A stretch of DNA of 64,000 nucleotides from Pelagomonas calceolata (taxonomy: Eukaryota), in assembly GCA_918797485.1 (NCBI GenBank), contig CAKKNE010000006.1, forward strand, positions 3,038,001 to 3,102,000, read 5' to 3'. The notes beneath the pieces were generated by a model. It was not told the DNA's origin. It did no database searches and saw nothing but the letters and a program-made list of their open reading frames with translations. The translations under genes and the position numbers were made by a program. Positions 10,670-19,985 of the stretch are shown here, one piece after another. The stretch's first letter is position 1, and each line of letters starts with the position of its first letter.

Positions 10670-10690
10670 TTAGCGGCCGTAAGACACTAG
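10670..10690 (+). promoter_or_regulatory. CTAG-bounded intergenic motif copy
   Basis: ttagcggccgtaagacactag between divergent genes. Confidence 0.7.
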
Positions 10691-10828
10691 CAAACAGCCC
10701 GTGCGCCCGAGGAGGTCCGCAACAGCGTGCACCGCTATTGCGCGGTCTCTGGCTGCCCGTTTTCGCTGGCCCATCCATATATAGCGCCTCGCTAGAACTT
10801 GGGCTGCCCTCTTCTCTGGTCCCACCCT

Positions 10829-11557
10829 ATGGCACCCGGGCCCATACACGATGCCGCACGCGAGCACGACGTCGAGACGCTCCGGCGACTGCTTGCGGAA
10901 GGTGTGTCGCCAGATGCACTCGTGGATCAGCAAGTACGTAGAAGACCTCTTCATTGCTTGTGCCTGCGTGATGATGAGAAAAATGAGGGTGATCGCGCGG
11001 CCTGCTTCGAGCTCCTTCGCGACGCGGGGGCAAATTTGGAAGCGGGCGATCAAATAGGGTACACGATACTTCACCTCGCGGCTAGAGATGCATTCGTCGA
11101 GTTGATATCGTTGCTAGTTCAAGCCCGCGTTAATTTGGATGCGACACTACAGACTGGTGACACAGCGCTGCACCTCGCAGCACGCTATGGGGCTGTCGAT
11201 AGCGTCGAAGTGCTCCTGGCCGCAGGCGCTTCTCTGAATCTAAGAGAAATTCATAACGGGAATACTCCTTTCGACGTGGCACTCTATTATGGCACTGGCG
11301 GCGGCCACGCGCCGCCTGAACAACGCGCTAGAAGTCGCCGGACGTGGCCGCTATTCCTCCGCGCCGGTGCCGCGGTACCTGCTATATACACCGGCTCGGA
11401 AGACCAGTACCTCTTCCGAGTCGTCGCCGCGGGCGGATTCCAGAGATACGCCCAAGCCCATGTCGCGCGGATCGCGTCGATCCTCGAAACGCCCCTCCTC
11501 CCGCCGGAACTCGTCCGGAAAGTCCTTCAGTTTTGGCTCCACGCGGGCTACTACTGA
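10829..11557 (+). CDS. ankyrin repeat protein
   Basis: GYTILHLAA, GDTALHLAARYG, GNTPFDVA repeats. Confidence 0.85.
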   Translation: MAPGPIHDAAREHDVETLRRLLAEGVSPDALVDQQVRRRPLHCLCLRDDEKNEGDRAACFELLRDAGANLEAGDQIGYTILHLAARDAFVELISLLVQARVNLDATLQTGDTALHLAARYGAVDSVEVLLAAGASLNLREIHNGNTPFDVALYYGTGGGHAPPEQRARSRRTWPLFLRAGAAVPAIYTGSEDQYLFRVVAAGGFQRYAQAHVARIASILETPLLPPELVRKVLQFWLHAGYY

Positions 11558-11643
11558 GTAGTGTAAAGCTATATTGTTTGATCATGATGGACTCGGATTG
11601 TAAAGACTTCCTGGTCAACGGAAACTGAAGAGACGCGTGATTG

Positions 11644-11665
11644 CTAGTGGCTGACAGGACACTAG
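11644..11665 (+). promoter_or_regulatory. degenerate CTAG-bounded motif copy between convergent genes
   Basis: ctagtggctgacaggacactag. Confidence 0.4.
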
Positions 11666-11725
11666 CAAAGCACCTTTCGCGCTATGTTACGACGGCCCGG
11701 GTGACTAAGATTACGTTTACTGCCC

Positions 11726-13085
11726 TTACCCGGCCGCCTCCCCGGGATCGCTCCGCGTCGGCAGCCACGGCGCCTTGACGGACAGGCGCGAGCAGGGCCG
11801 CCGCGCGCAGAAGGCCTCCATGAGCTTCGTCATCGTGTCCGCCGTCAGATATTCCCCCGCCTCGGCCTTGCTGGCGCCGAAGGCCTCGACGACGTCCGCG
11901 GGATCGTCCCACGGCGCCACCGCGATCTCGCCGTACGGCTCCACTCGCGCCGTGAGGGGAGGCGGTAGCGTCCGCCGGCACGAACGCCGCAAACAGAAGA
12001 ACTCGAGCATCTTGTTCGCGCTCTGCTCGGTGATCTCGAAGCCGGCGGCCGTCGCCTCGCGCGAAAATTTGGCCACCTGTGTGGAACTCGACCAGTGAGT
12101 CGCGTCGACGGCGTGGAGGTCGACGCGATGTTTTCCGCACGGAGGTCACGGCAGCCGCGGGCTCGCCCCACGGCGGCACCTCCAGCGCGCCGACGCCCTC
12201 CACATCCAAACGCATGGGCGCGACGGGCCGGTGGCAGCTTCGACGCGCGCAGAACCACGCCATCGCCGCGTCGAGCTGCTCCGGGAGTACTGATATATAA
12301 GCTTCGGCGGCCGTCGAGGCCAGCCGTTCTACGGCCGTCGCCGGCTCCTCCGTCGGTAGGCAGGTGACGCTGCCCAGCCCGCTCACGTTCAGCGTCAGCG
12401 GCGGCGTCAGCCCCCGCCCGCAGCTCCTTCTCTTACAACACCACTCGTACAAATCCTGCATGCTCGCTTCATTCACTTCGTGCCCCGACATCGTCGCGGC
12501 GGCCGTCCAGCCCTCGATCGCGTCCGCGACGTCGTGCCAGGGCTCGACAACCAGTCTTCCTACTCCCGTCACGTTGAGTTCCAATCTCCGATCGAGCGCG
12601 TCGACGCACGCGCGCTTCTCACACACGGCGTCGAGCACCCGTCTTAATTGATTCTCGCCCAGGGGGTTGCCCGCGCTCTCGGCCGCCCGTCCGAGCTCGG
12701 CCACCGCTCTGGCCGGCTCGACCCAGGGCTCGACCACTAATGTCCCGACGCCCTTGACGTTCGCCGTCAGCCGTTCCCTGTGGAAGCGCCTTCTACAGGG
12801 CGCGAGGACGCAGAGCTTGTCGAGGATCGTCGTGAGGTTCTGTAACGACAGCGTCACGTTCTGCTTGAGGGCCGTGGCGTAAAAGGCCTCCACCACGTCC
12901 GCCGGGTCGACGCCGGGGTCCACCCGCAGCACGCCGAGGTTCTCGACCGTGAGCGACACGGGCTCAGTCGGCGCCTCCGGCGCCTTGGCTCTTCTTGCCG
13001 CTTCTAACAATGCGCGCGCTCGTCCTTCTACCTCGTCGTCGCTGCGGCACAGCGCGGCGAGGAGCAGAAAATTGCAGCCCCGCAT
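11726..13085 (-). CDS. secreted protein with six ~65-aa Cys-paired repeats; 2 exons (13085-12150, 12076-11726)
   Basis: repeat V.G.G.L.V.P..EPA..V...C.RR.C; splicing 12149-12077 completes repeat 5 (EPAAA|VAKFSRE). Confidence 0.75.
12077..12149 (-). mobile_element. degenerate introner-derived intron (GT-AG)
   Basis: ends ctgtgtggaactcgaccagtgag / ttttccgcacgg; TSD remnant gtgacc/gtggcc. Confidence 0.75.
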
Positions 13086-13269
13086 GCTTGCAATGTCGCA
13101 GGTCCCAGGGGCTGGGGCAGTGGGCCACTTCGCTAGTCGAACGCGTTCGTTCGTAGAATGGCTGCGCGGCCTCGGAAGGGGCCACTCGATGTTCTTACCG
13201 GTTGATGGGCGCTCAAGGGCAGCGGTTTGGTGCCCAAGCGCTTTGGAAAGCCGGCAAGCGAATATCGTG

Positions 13270-13291
13270 CTAGTGTCTTACCGCACGCTAG
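13270..13291 (-). promoter_or_regulatory. CTAG-bounded intergenic motif copy
   Basis: ctagtgtcttaccgcacgctag between divergent genes. Confidence 0.7.
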
Positions 13292-13359
13292 GCGCATCGC
13301 ACCTGCGGCGGCTCATATCGCGCTGGATTCGTCCGCATTGATGCTCAAACACGCATAGG

Positions 13360-14250
13360 ATGAGCAACGACCTCGCGAACGACCTCGCCACCAAAGTCTG
13401 GCAGAGTAAAATACCGCTGCGGCTCTCCCTGCACGACCGAGCCGACGCCACACCTCTCTACCTCCTCCATCCGCGCGGCGCGCCGCTGGCCGCGATTGCA
13501 GGAAGACTAAGACGCCACTTCCGGCGCCACTTAGAAAACCAAACGGACGACGAGTCGCCGCGGCCCTACGCCCCGTCGCTGGCGGACAGTCAATATTTCT
13601 CGCCCCTCGGCAGCGAAGCCTGGGCCGAAGCTGATGAGGAGAACGACGACGACGAGCCGGCGCTGTGGTTCCAGCTCCACGACGCGGTCGTGCGGTGGGA
13701 CATACCCTTGGGGGCCGCGCTCGACGCGCTTGGCCGACCAACACCGTTGCCGATCGACGTCACCCTACATATAGGCCGGCCCCCTCCCAATATAGCGGCC
13801 CTGGATGCGAGTGACGACGGCTTCCGGGCCTTCGTCCACTCGCTGAAGCAGGCGGCGCATCTGGAGCGAGGCACCGCGCGCGCGGTGCTGACATTGGCGC
13901 TCGCGCGGCAGCGGGCGTTGTACGCCGCGTGCGGTGCGGGCGATCTCTCTTCATATGAAGACCTGGAGGACGTGGAGCCAAAAAGGGTGCCGTGCCGCGT
14001 CTTCGTCGATGGGTGTTCCACTTGGACGCAACTGCCCTTCGCCGCGTGTAATGAACACGGCGCGCCGGCGACGGTGGGCGAGGCGCTCGGGCCCTGCGTG
14101 CGCCGGGCCCTCTCCATCCATGATGTGCGCGGTGCGACGGCGGTGTGCCACGGCGTCGAGCTCCCGTGGGACTGCGCCCTCGTGGACGCGTGGCGCGCGC
14201 TGCGGTGCGGCGACCACTTTCTTTACGTCGCCGTGCGGCGTTTGGCGTGA
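13360..14250 (+). CDS. ATG5: autophagy protein 5
   Basis: VWQSKIPL, LWF...VRWDIPLGAALD, FVHSLKQA, CHGVELP...GDHFLYVAV. Confidence 0.85.
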   Translation: MSNDLANDLATKVWQSKIPLRLSLHDRADATPLYLLHPRGAPLAAIAGRLRRHFRRHLENQTDDESPRPYAPSLADSQYFSPLGSEAWAEADEENDDDEPALWFQLHDAVVRWDIPLGAALDALGRPTPLPIDVTLHIGRPPPNIAALDASDDGFRAFVHSLKQAAHLERGTARAVLTLALARQRALYAACGAGDLSSYEDLEDVEPKRVPCRVFVDGCSTWTQLPFAACNEHGAPATVGEALGPCVRRALSIHDVRGATAVCHGVELPWDCALVDAWRALRCGDHFLYVAVRRLA

Positions 14251-14287
14251 GCTGCGCGTGTTTTTTGTTCGTGTAACTTGTTGTTGG

Positions 14288-14305
14288 CTAGCGGTAAGAC
14301 ACTAG
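14288..14305 (+). promoter_or_regulatory. CTAG-bounded intergenic motif copy (short spacer)
   Basis: ctagcggtaagacactag upstream of the gene at 14450. Confidence 0.7.
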
Positions 14306-14449
14306 CAGGCAAAAACTCCGAACTGCTACTGCCAGTAACCTCCACTGCGGGGCCAAACGAAGCTGCGGAAGACCGAAGAATCTCACGTTATATACAGCTT
14401 CACGGCGCACATCAAGAAACTGCATCAATTCCAGCCGCGCGCTTGAAAA

Positions 14450-15940
14450 ATGAGCGTGAGCAGCCTGGTGCTCGTTGCCGCCGCGGCGTCGGCGTACGTC
14501 GTGCCCCTGCGATCGGCGCATCGTTTCACGACGCTGCGGCGGCGTGCGGCACCGGCAGCGGTTCCTGCTGCTGAAAATGCCACCGAGGTCGAGTTCAGCG
14601 CGGGTCTCGTGAGCGGCGGTGCGGCCGTCGCGCCGTCGCCGCTCCAGCAATTATCAGAAGCCTTCGGCCTCAAGGACGCGAGCGACGCCGTCGCCTGGAC
14701 GGAGCCGTTGTCATCAGACCCGTTAAGTCAGATAGCGCCGGACTTCACGTCGTCCCTCAGTTTCTCGACGCCCGAGGTCGCGACACCTACTAGAAGACTA
14801 TCTTTACTACGACAAAGACGGAAGCCGCGCTCCGCGGCAGCGAGTCGAGCCGTGCGCCGTAGAAGAGCGTTAGAGCGCGAACGCGCCCAGGAGCGGGACT
14901 TTGAGTTTTTGCAAAGGGCGCAATTTGTGTCACTCGTATTACCACCGATCCTAGCTTTTGCATTGTGGCCCATGATCGCCGACGCCATGGCCATCTTTTT
15001 TAATGGACAGAACGCGGCGCAGCCCGTGGATGGCAATCTATTTGCGGTGCAACTATTGAGACCGACGGTCAACGGGGTCGTGCTGCCTACGCTTTCCGTC
15101 GCGCTGGGTACGTTGTTGGCCACCACAATTAATGTGCTGCGAAATAGGCAGGTCGACATCCGAGCCGCGCTGAACAAGGAGGCCTGCGAGCTGCGGTTGC
15201 TACGAGCGGCTCTGTTAGGCGCCTACGGCACGGCGCAACATGCTGGACGTAGAGCAGAAGCTCTAGATCTCGTACGAGCTTATAGTGCGAGGATCGTGGC
15301 CGAATCGAGTCCGGGCGCGTTCGAGGCCATTCGGAGGGAAGAACGCGCGGGCGGCGTCGGCGTCAATGAATTGGAGCCCTTGGGACGGATGCTGCACGGC
15401 GTCGACGGCGCCTATGCGGCGAGGCAAGGGTCGGTCCAAGCGTGTTTGCAATTGCTGAACGAGCTGAACTCTCATAGAAGTGAAAGATTAGCGGCGCTGC
15501 TCGGCGGCTTCCCGCCGATCCACTGGTTCGTCCTGTCGCAACTCGCCATATCTATCCTACTCGCCTTCTTGATCGAATCGAACCAGGAGGTGCTTCAGTT
15601 CCTCAACTCTCTACAGTTGCGGGTCTTGTTCGCGTTGATCGTCGCCGTGTGCAGCGGCACCGCAACTTTATGTCTGGACCTGACGGATCCCTTCCGCGGG
15701 CGCTTCTCGGTCGTGACGGCAACGGCCCAAATTGTACGACTGGAAGACCTGCTCGTGGACGACGTGGACGCCGCGGAACGGCTAGTAGACGACGCCCAGA
15801 CGCAGGGCGTCTTGGATGCGGTGTTCTTTCATACCCTGACGTCGGGCTTCGCGGCGCCGGTCCGCGCGGTCGGCGACGTCGTGTCCTACGCGGTCCGGCC
15901 CATCTCGCGCCGGAAGCGGCGGCGCACGGATGACTCCTAA
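14450..15940 (+). CDS. membrane protein, DUF4239/bestrophin-like, with plastid-type presequence
   Basis: signal peptide + ASAY; several TM segments; LNSHRSERL...PPIHW; DLTDPFRGRFSV. Confidence 0.65.
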   Translation: MSVSSLVLVAAAASAYVVPLRSAHRFTTLRRRAAPAAVPAAENATEVEFSAGLVSGGAAVAPSPLQQLSEAFGLKDASDAVAWTEPLSSDPLSQIAPDFTSSLSFSTPEVATPTRRLSLLRQRRKPRSAAASRAVRRRRALERERAQERDFEFLQRAQFVSLVLPPILAFALWPMIADAMAIFFNGQNAAQPVDGNLFAVQLLRPTVNGVVLPTLSVALGTLLATTINVLRNRQVDIRAALNKEACELRLLRAALLGAYGTAQHAGRRAEALDLVRAYSARIVAESSPGAFEAIRREERAGGVGVNELEPLGRMLHGVDGAYAARQGSVQACLQLLNELNSHRSERLAALLGGFPPIHWFVLSQLAISILLAFLIESNQEVLQFLNSLQLRVLFALIVAVCSGTATLCLDLTDPFRGRFSVVTATAQIVRLEDLLVDDVDAAERLVDDAQTQGVLDAVFFHTLTSGFAAPVRAVGDVVSYAVRPISRRKRRRTDDS

Positions 15941-16302
15941 ATTTGTTTTTAGTCTCTCTTGGTGCCGCGTCGGTGGCGTCGCTGGTCCATAGAGCTGGTC
16001 CAGTGACCACTCCAGTGAGCGGTGTCCATGAGCGGCGGAGTTAGCGGCGGTCGCGGACTCGCTGACTCGAGGCGGTCCCAGTCCCGCAAGGCCCCCGGGC
16101 CTCGGTACCCCCTGAAGCGCCCCAGAGAGGTCCAGAAGAGGCTAGGAGCGATGACAACGACGTTCGGGTTCGGGCCAATATTTTTTCGTTGGGATTGGGC
16201 GCCTCGCGAGAGTGCCAGCAGCGCGGCCGTTGGGCAGCGCGCAGTTGCACCATAGGGCCACCGCGAACCCCGCCGCCGCGTTGCGCCGAGGCGGGCTGCG
16301 CC

Positions 16303-17652
16303 ATGCCGCTGCGCCGCATCGTGTCGTTGAAAGTGCTCGACTGGTGGCCTCGCGAGCGCGCGGCGCCGCCGCCGGACCCCGTCTCCATTGATACGACCTA
16401 CGCTTGCGCTGTTGAATGTGACGACGCCGTCGCGCCGCTGGCGCGCCACCGCGCGCCGCCGACGCCGTGCGCGGCGCCGCGCGCGAAGAAGGGATCACCC
16501 CCGAAGAAGACGCCCCTCGTCAAGCAGGCGAAGAGATACGCTTCTCGCTTCTTCAAGCCGGAGATGTCGCGCCAGCCCTTCGTGCCTGATGACCTCGAGG
16601 TTTTGAGGGAGGTGGGCAGAGGGGCCTTCGGCCGCGTCTACGTGTCCCGAGTGAAGGGTGGCGGCGGCGCGTTGTTCGCCGTGAAGGTACTGAGGAAGGC
16701 CGAGGTGTTGAGAGGTGGCGGCGCGGAGTGCGCCTTCACGGAGCGAGCCTTGGGTGCTGATTTAAGGCATGCGGGAGTGGTCCGACTGCGGTGCGCCTTT
16801 CAAACCAAAAAAGCACTTTACTTAGTATCGGACTACTACCCGGGCGGCTCGTTAGGTGAGTTGAGAAGGCCTCTTTCCGTTGATCACGTACGATTCTACG
16901 GCGCGGAGGTCGCGGCGGCCCTGGCCCACATCCACGCGCGGGGCGTGGTCCATCGCGATTTAAAACCGGCAAACATTTTACTCGATAGAGAGGGCCACTG
17001 CGCCCTGGCGGACTTCGGGGTGGCGACGACGGGTAGTACTTTACGAGGATTTAGAGGCACCGTGGCATACATGGCGCCCGAACTACTCCTCAAGACGGCC
17101 AATTCGAATGCGGAGAGCGACTGGTGGGCCTTTGGCTGTTGTTTATATGAATTAACGACGGGTTCGACGCCGTTCTACGCGGACCAGCCGCGGGAGCTAT
17201 TTAAAAACATCCTGCACGCTCCATTTGTGAAAACAAACACGGATGCCGCTTTGGACACGCTCTTGGAGGCGTTACTGGACAAGCAACCTGCGTCGCGGGC
17301 CGCCGATTCGGATGTGGCGACCTGCGCGTTCTTCTCCGCGATTGATTGGGACGACGCCGCGTCGAAGAGACTGACGCCGCCGATCCAACCGTCTCTACCT
17401 TCGTATGTGGAGGCTTCACAGGATGGTTCTTTACGGTTCGTGGGCGACGCCTACCGGCCGAAGAATTTACCGACTCCGAAACGCGTCACGTTCGACGAAG
17501 AAAACGAAAGTCCCTTCGCGAAGCGGTTGTCGGTCCGCGAGACCTACCAGCGCGAGAAGCGACACAGAAGGACCTTCCGCGGCTTCGCGCTGAACGCCGA
17601 AGTCGATCTGGCGGCGTCGCCGCGGACCTTCGCGCGGACGACGACCCTCTGA
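16303..17652 (+). CDS. AGC-family Ser/Thr protein kinase
   Basis: GRGAFGRV, AVKVL, HRDLKPAN, DFG, GTVAYMAPE, FFSAIDW...PPIQP tail. Confidence 0.92.
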   Translation: MPLRRIVSLKVLDWWPRERAAPPPDPVSIDTTYACAVECDDAVAPLARHRAPPTPCAAPRAKKGSPPKKTPLVKQAKRYASRFFKPEMSRQPFVPDDLEVLREVGRGAFGRVYVSRVKGGGGALFAVKVLRKAEVLRGGGAECAFTERALGADLRHAGVVRLRCAFQTKKALYLVSDYYPGGSLGELRRPLSVDHVRFYGAEVAAALAHIHARGVVHRDLKPANILLDREGHCALADFGVATTGSTLRGFRGTVAYMAPELLLKTANSNAESDWWAFGCCLYELTTGSTPFYADQPRELFKNILHAPFVKTNTDAALDTLLEALLDKQPASRAADSDVATCAFFSAIDWDDAASKRLTPPIQPSLPSYVEASQDGSLRFVGDAYRPKNLPTPKRVTFDEENESPFAKRLSVRETYQREKRHRRTFRGFALNAEVDLAASPRTFARTTTL

Positions 17653-17808
17653 GGGCGCTTTATCCTAGCCTCCCGCGTTGCATACGCCGTGCACGGCGGA
17701 CCACGACTGTTAGCTTGGCTCAGGCCGGGCGTTTTATTCTCTCCCCGCACGCGGCCCAACGTCGCGCGCGCATATTACTAACTGCTGTTTATCATAGACA
17801 TACTTACA

Positions 17809-19642
17809 CTAATCCCACCCGTCGTCGCCCGTCGCCACGACCTCCTCCGCGACGGGCTCGACGTAGTCCGTGTACTTCGCGCGGGCGTCCAAGAGCTGCG
17901 GATGGATGTCCTCCGCCAGCTCGCGCCGCGCCGCCGCCGCGGCTTCCACGCGGAGCTCGCGCAGGCGCAACGCCATGCGCGCGGGTATCACGAGCTCGCC
18001 GCCCCGGATGTGGTAGGGCGACTCGTCCCTATAAGCCCAGAGCGCCTCCATGCATGCATCAGCATCGGCGCCGGCGTCGCGCGGCCGCGCCTCGTACTGG
18101 CCCGGCGGCGGCCGCTTCGAGCGCTTTTCGAGCGACGAGCGCGGGTCGCCCTTGGACAGCTTCGGGACCCACTTCTGGGAAAACCTGTGCGTATCTCATT
18201 GAGAAGTGCGAGGACGATCGAAACATTCGACGCCGGACGGGGACTCCTCGAGAAACGATAGCGCCGCATCCTTCGCCGCCGAAGCTATTTCGTCCCCCTC
18301 CCCCTTCACATACTTGGCTTCACGTTCCTCGCGGCGCTTGCGACGCCGCTCGACGACGCGCTCGTCCACGTCATCATCGTCTTGATCGGCCTTGGCCTCT
18401 CTCCTTAAATAACCGCTCTCAAAGGCATTTTGTGGAGTCAACGAACGCACCTCCTCCGTGAGCGCCTCCAATGCTCGCAGCGTCGCGAGGCGGTCGCAGG
18501 CTCGTTGACTGTGTGAACGGTACCGTCGCGTCGATGGCGCGTTGCTCGACGCCATCGACGCGGACCCGAAGTATTGAAGGCACAATTGACACCGAGTCAG
18601 CACTCAAACGCGTAGAGGGGCATCGGCTCGTCCTCGGTGTACCAGCTCGTGCGCGTTTCACCGCCCTCCGCGAGCTCGGCATCTCGCAGCATGGCCGCCT
18701 GTGCACAAATCAACCAGTGAGTCGGGTGCGACAGATGCGCCGCGAGAATTTGATTTATGCACTGATGGTCGCGTCGGGCAGGCCCCCGATCTGGCGCTCG
18801 AGCGCGACGCGCTCCTGGTCCGCCTTCTCGAGCTCAGAGAACTGAAATGCCCAGGTGTCGACCTGTGTGGAAATCAAAATTTTACGGCGCGTTCGCGCTG
18901 AATCTTCGCGTCGAGCTTCACGCCATCGACGCGACGCCTGCTCGATGGCGTGGCGATGCCGGTTCCTCACCGGTCGACAGAGCCAGCGCGGCCAAGTGCA
19001 CCCGACGCAATGGTTGATTTCCACACAGGTGTCGACCATGACGTCGGCCGTCGTCACCAGCCTTTTTAGAACTTGCTTTGGGTCAATCACCTCGTCGTAG
19101 ACTTCCATGGCTTGCTTAGCCAGGAACGGATTGGCGAGTTCTCGCGCCGACCTGTGTGGAAATCAACCAGTGCGTCGGGTGCACCCGACAATTCTTCACT
19201 AAGTCATTTCTCGGCGATGGCGCGGCCGTGCCGGCTCCGTCGGGCGGCGAGGAACCGGCATCCTCACGCTATGGAGCAGGCGCCGCGACGCGCCATAAAA
19301 TTTTGATTTCCACACAGGCGCCGACAGGCGCCGCCGCGGGGCCACCGCGATCTCTACGACCTCTTTCTCGGCCGTGCCCATGTCTACTAAGTATTCCTGG
19401 AACGGTTTGTTGAGCTGGCCGAACGCGGCGCTGTAGGTGCCGGGGAAACGTCTTGGTGAATTGCTATCGAGGTGGGCGTGGTCCTGGAAGGCCTTGAGCC
19501 AATTACCGAGCGGTTCGTTCTTCAAATCAGCCATATAATTCAACTGCTGCTGAACGGCGCGCTGGACGAGGTAGTCGCCGAGGTTGATCTTGGGCGGCGC
19601 CAATGCCCAGGCGGCGGTGGCGAGGCAGAGGTAGCGCCACAT
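17809..19642 (-). CDS. six-exon hypothetical protein with plastid-type presequence (exons 19642-19326, 19151-19037, 18862-18773, 18698-18604, 18508-18245, 18184-17809)
   Basis: five introns removed by hand give one continuous frame from MWRYLCLATAAWALAPP to ...ATGDDGWD*. Confidence 0.75.
18509..18603 (-). mobile_element. old, degenerate introner-like intron (GT-AG)
   Basis: 3' end ttcacacag; internal cgcgtcgatggcg motifs; splicing gives YAFD|QRACDRL. Confidence 0.55.
18699..18764 (-). mobile_element. short introner (intron 18772-18699, GC-AG)
   Basis: TIR ctgtgcacaaatcaa/ttgatttatgcactg; TSD atggccgc/atggtcgc. Confidence 0.8.
18863..19028 (-). mobile_element. intact introner (intron 19036-18863, GT-AG)
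   Basis: perfect 15-bp TIR ctgtgtggaaatcaa; perfect 8-bp TSD gtgtcgac at 18855-18862 and 19029-19036. Confidence 0.93.
19152..19317 (-). mobile_element. intact introner (intron 19325-19152, GT-AG)
   Basis: perfect TIR; perfect TSD gcgccgac at 19144-19151 and 19318-19325. Confidence 0.93.
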
Positions 19643-19872
19643 CTGGTACGTGTTTGTGCGGCTCTCGTTCGCTCGTTCGGCTGAAAGCGACGGATCCAGG
19701 TAGGATTCAGGTGGTCTCTGACTGGCCGACCTTGCGCAGTGAGTTGCGAGGTGTGCGTTGCTGCGCGCTATCGACGGAGCTACCTTTCCGTTTTAATTTA
19801 GTGCTTGATCACTTTTTGGTACGCGTCGTGCCGGACTTCAAGCTCAGCGCGTGCGTGAGTTATTTTTTCAGC

Positions 19873-19894
19873 TTAGCGGCCTGTAACACACTAG
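19873..19894 (+). promoter_or_regulatory. CTAG-bounded intergenic motif copy
   Basis: ttagcggcctgtaacacactag between divergent genes. Confidence 0.65.
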
Positions 19895-19985
19895 CAAAGG
19901 CAAAAAAGCAAAAAGAGCTGCGCAGTAGCAGCCTGAGCCAGCCACACAGCACAGGAATGCGGCTTTCAGCAGTTACAATGCTGCC

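Noticed and set aside
11583..11628. C/D-box-like ATGATG...CTGA segment
   Set aside because: Too short, no terminal stem, and no convincing rRNA complementarity
15980..16190. GC-rich intergenic stretch considered as tRNA/ncRNA
   Set aside because: No cloverleaf, T-loop or other recognisable RNA motif
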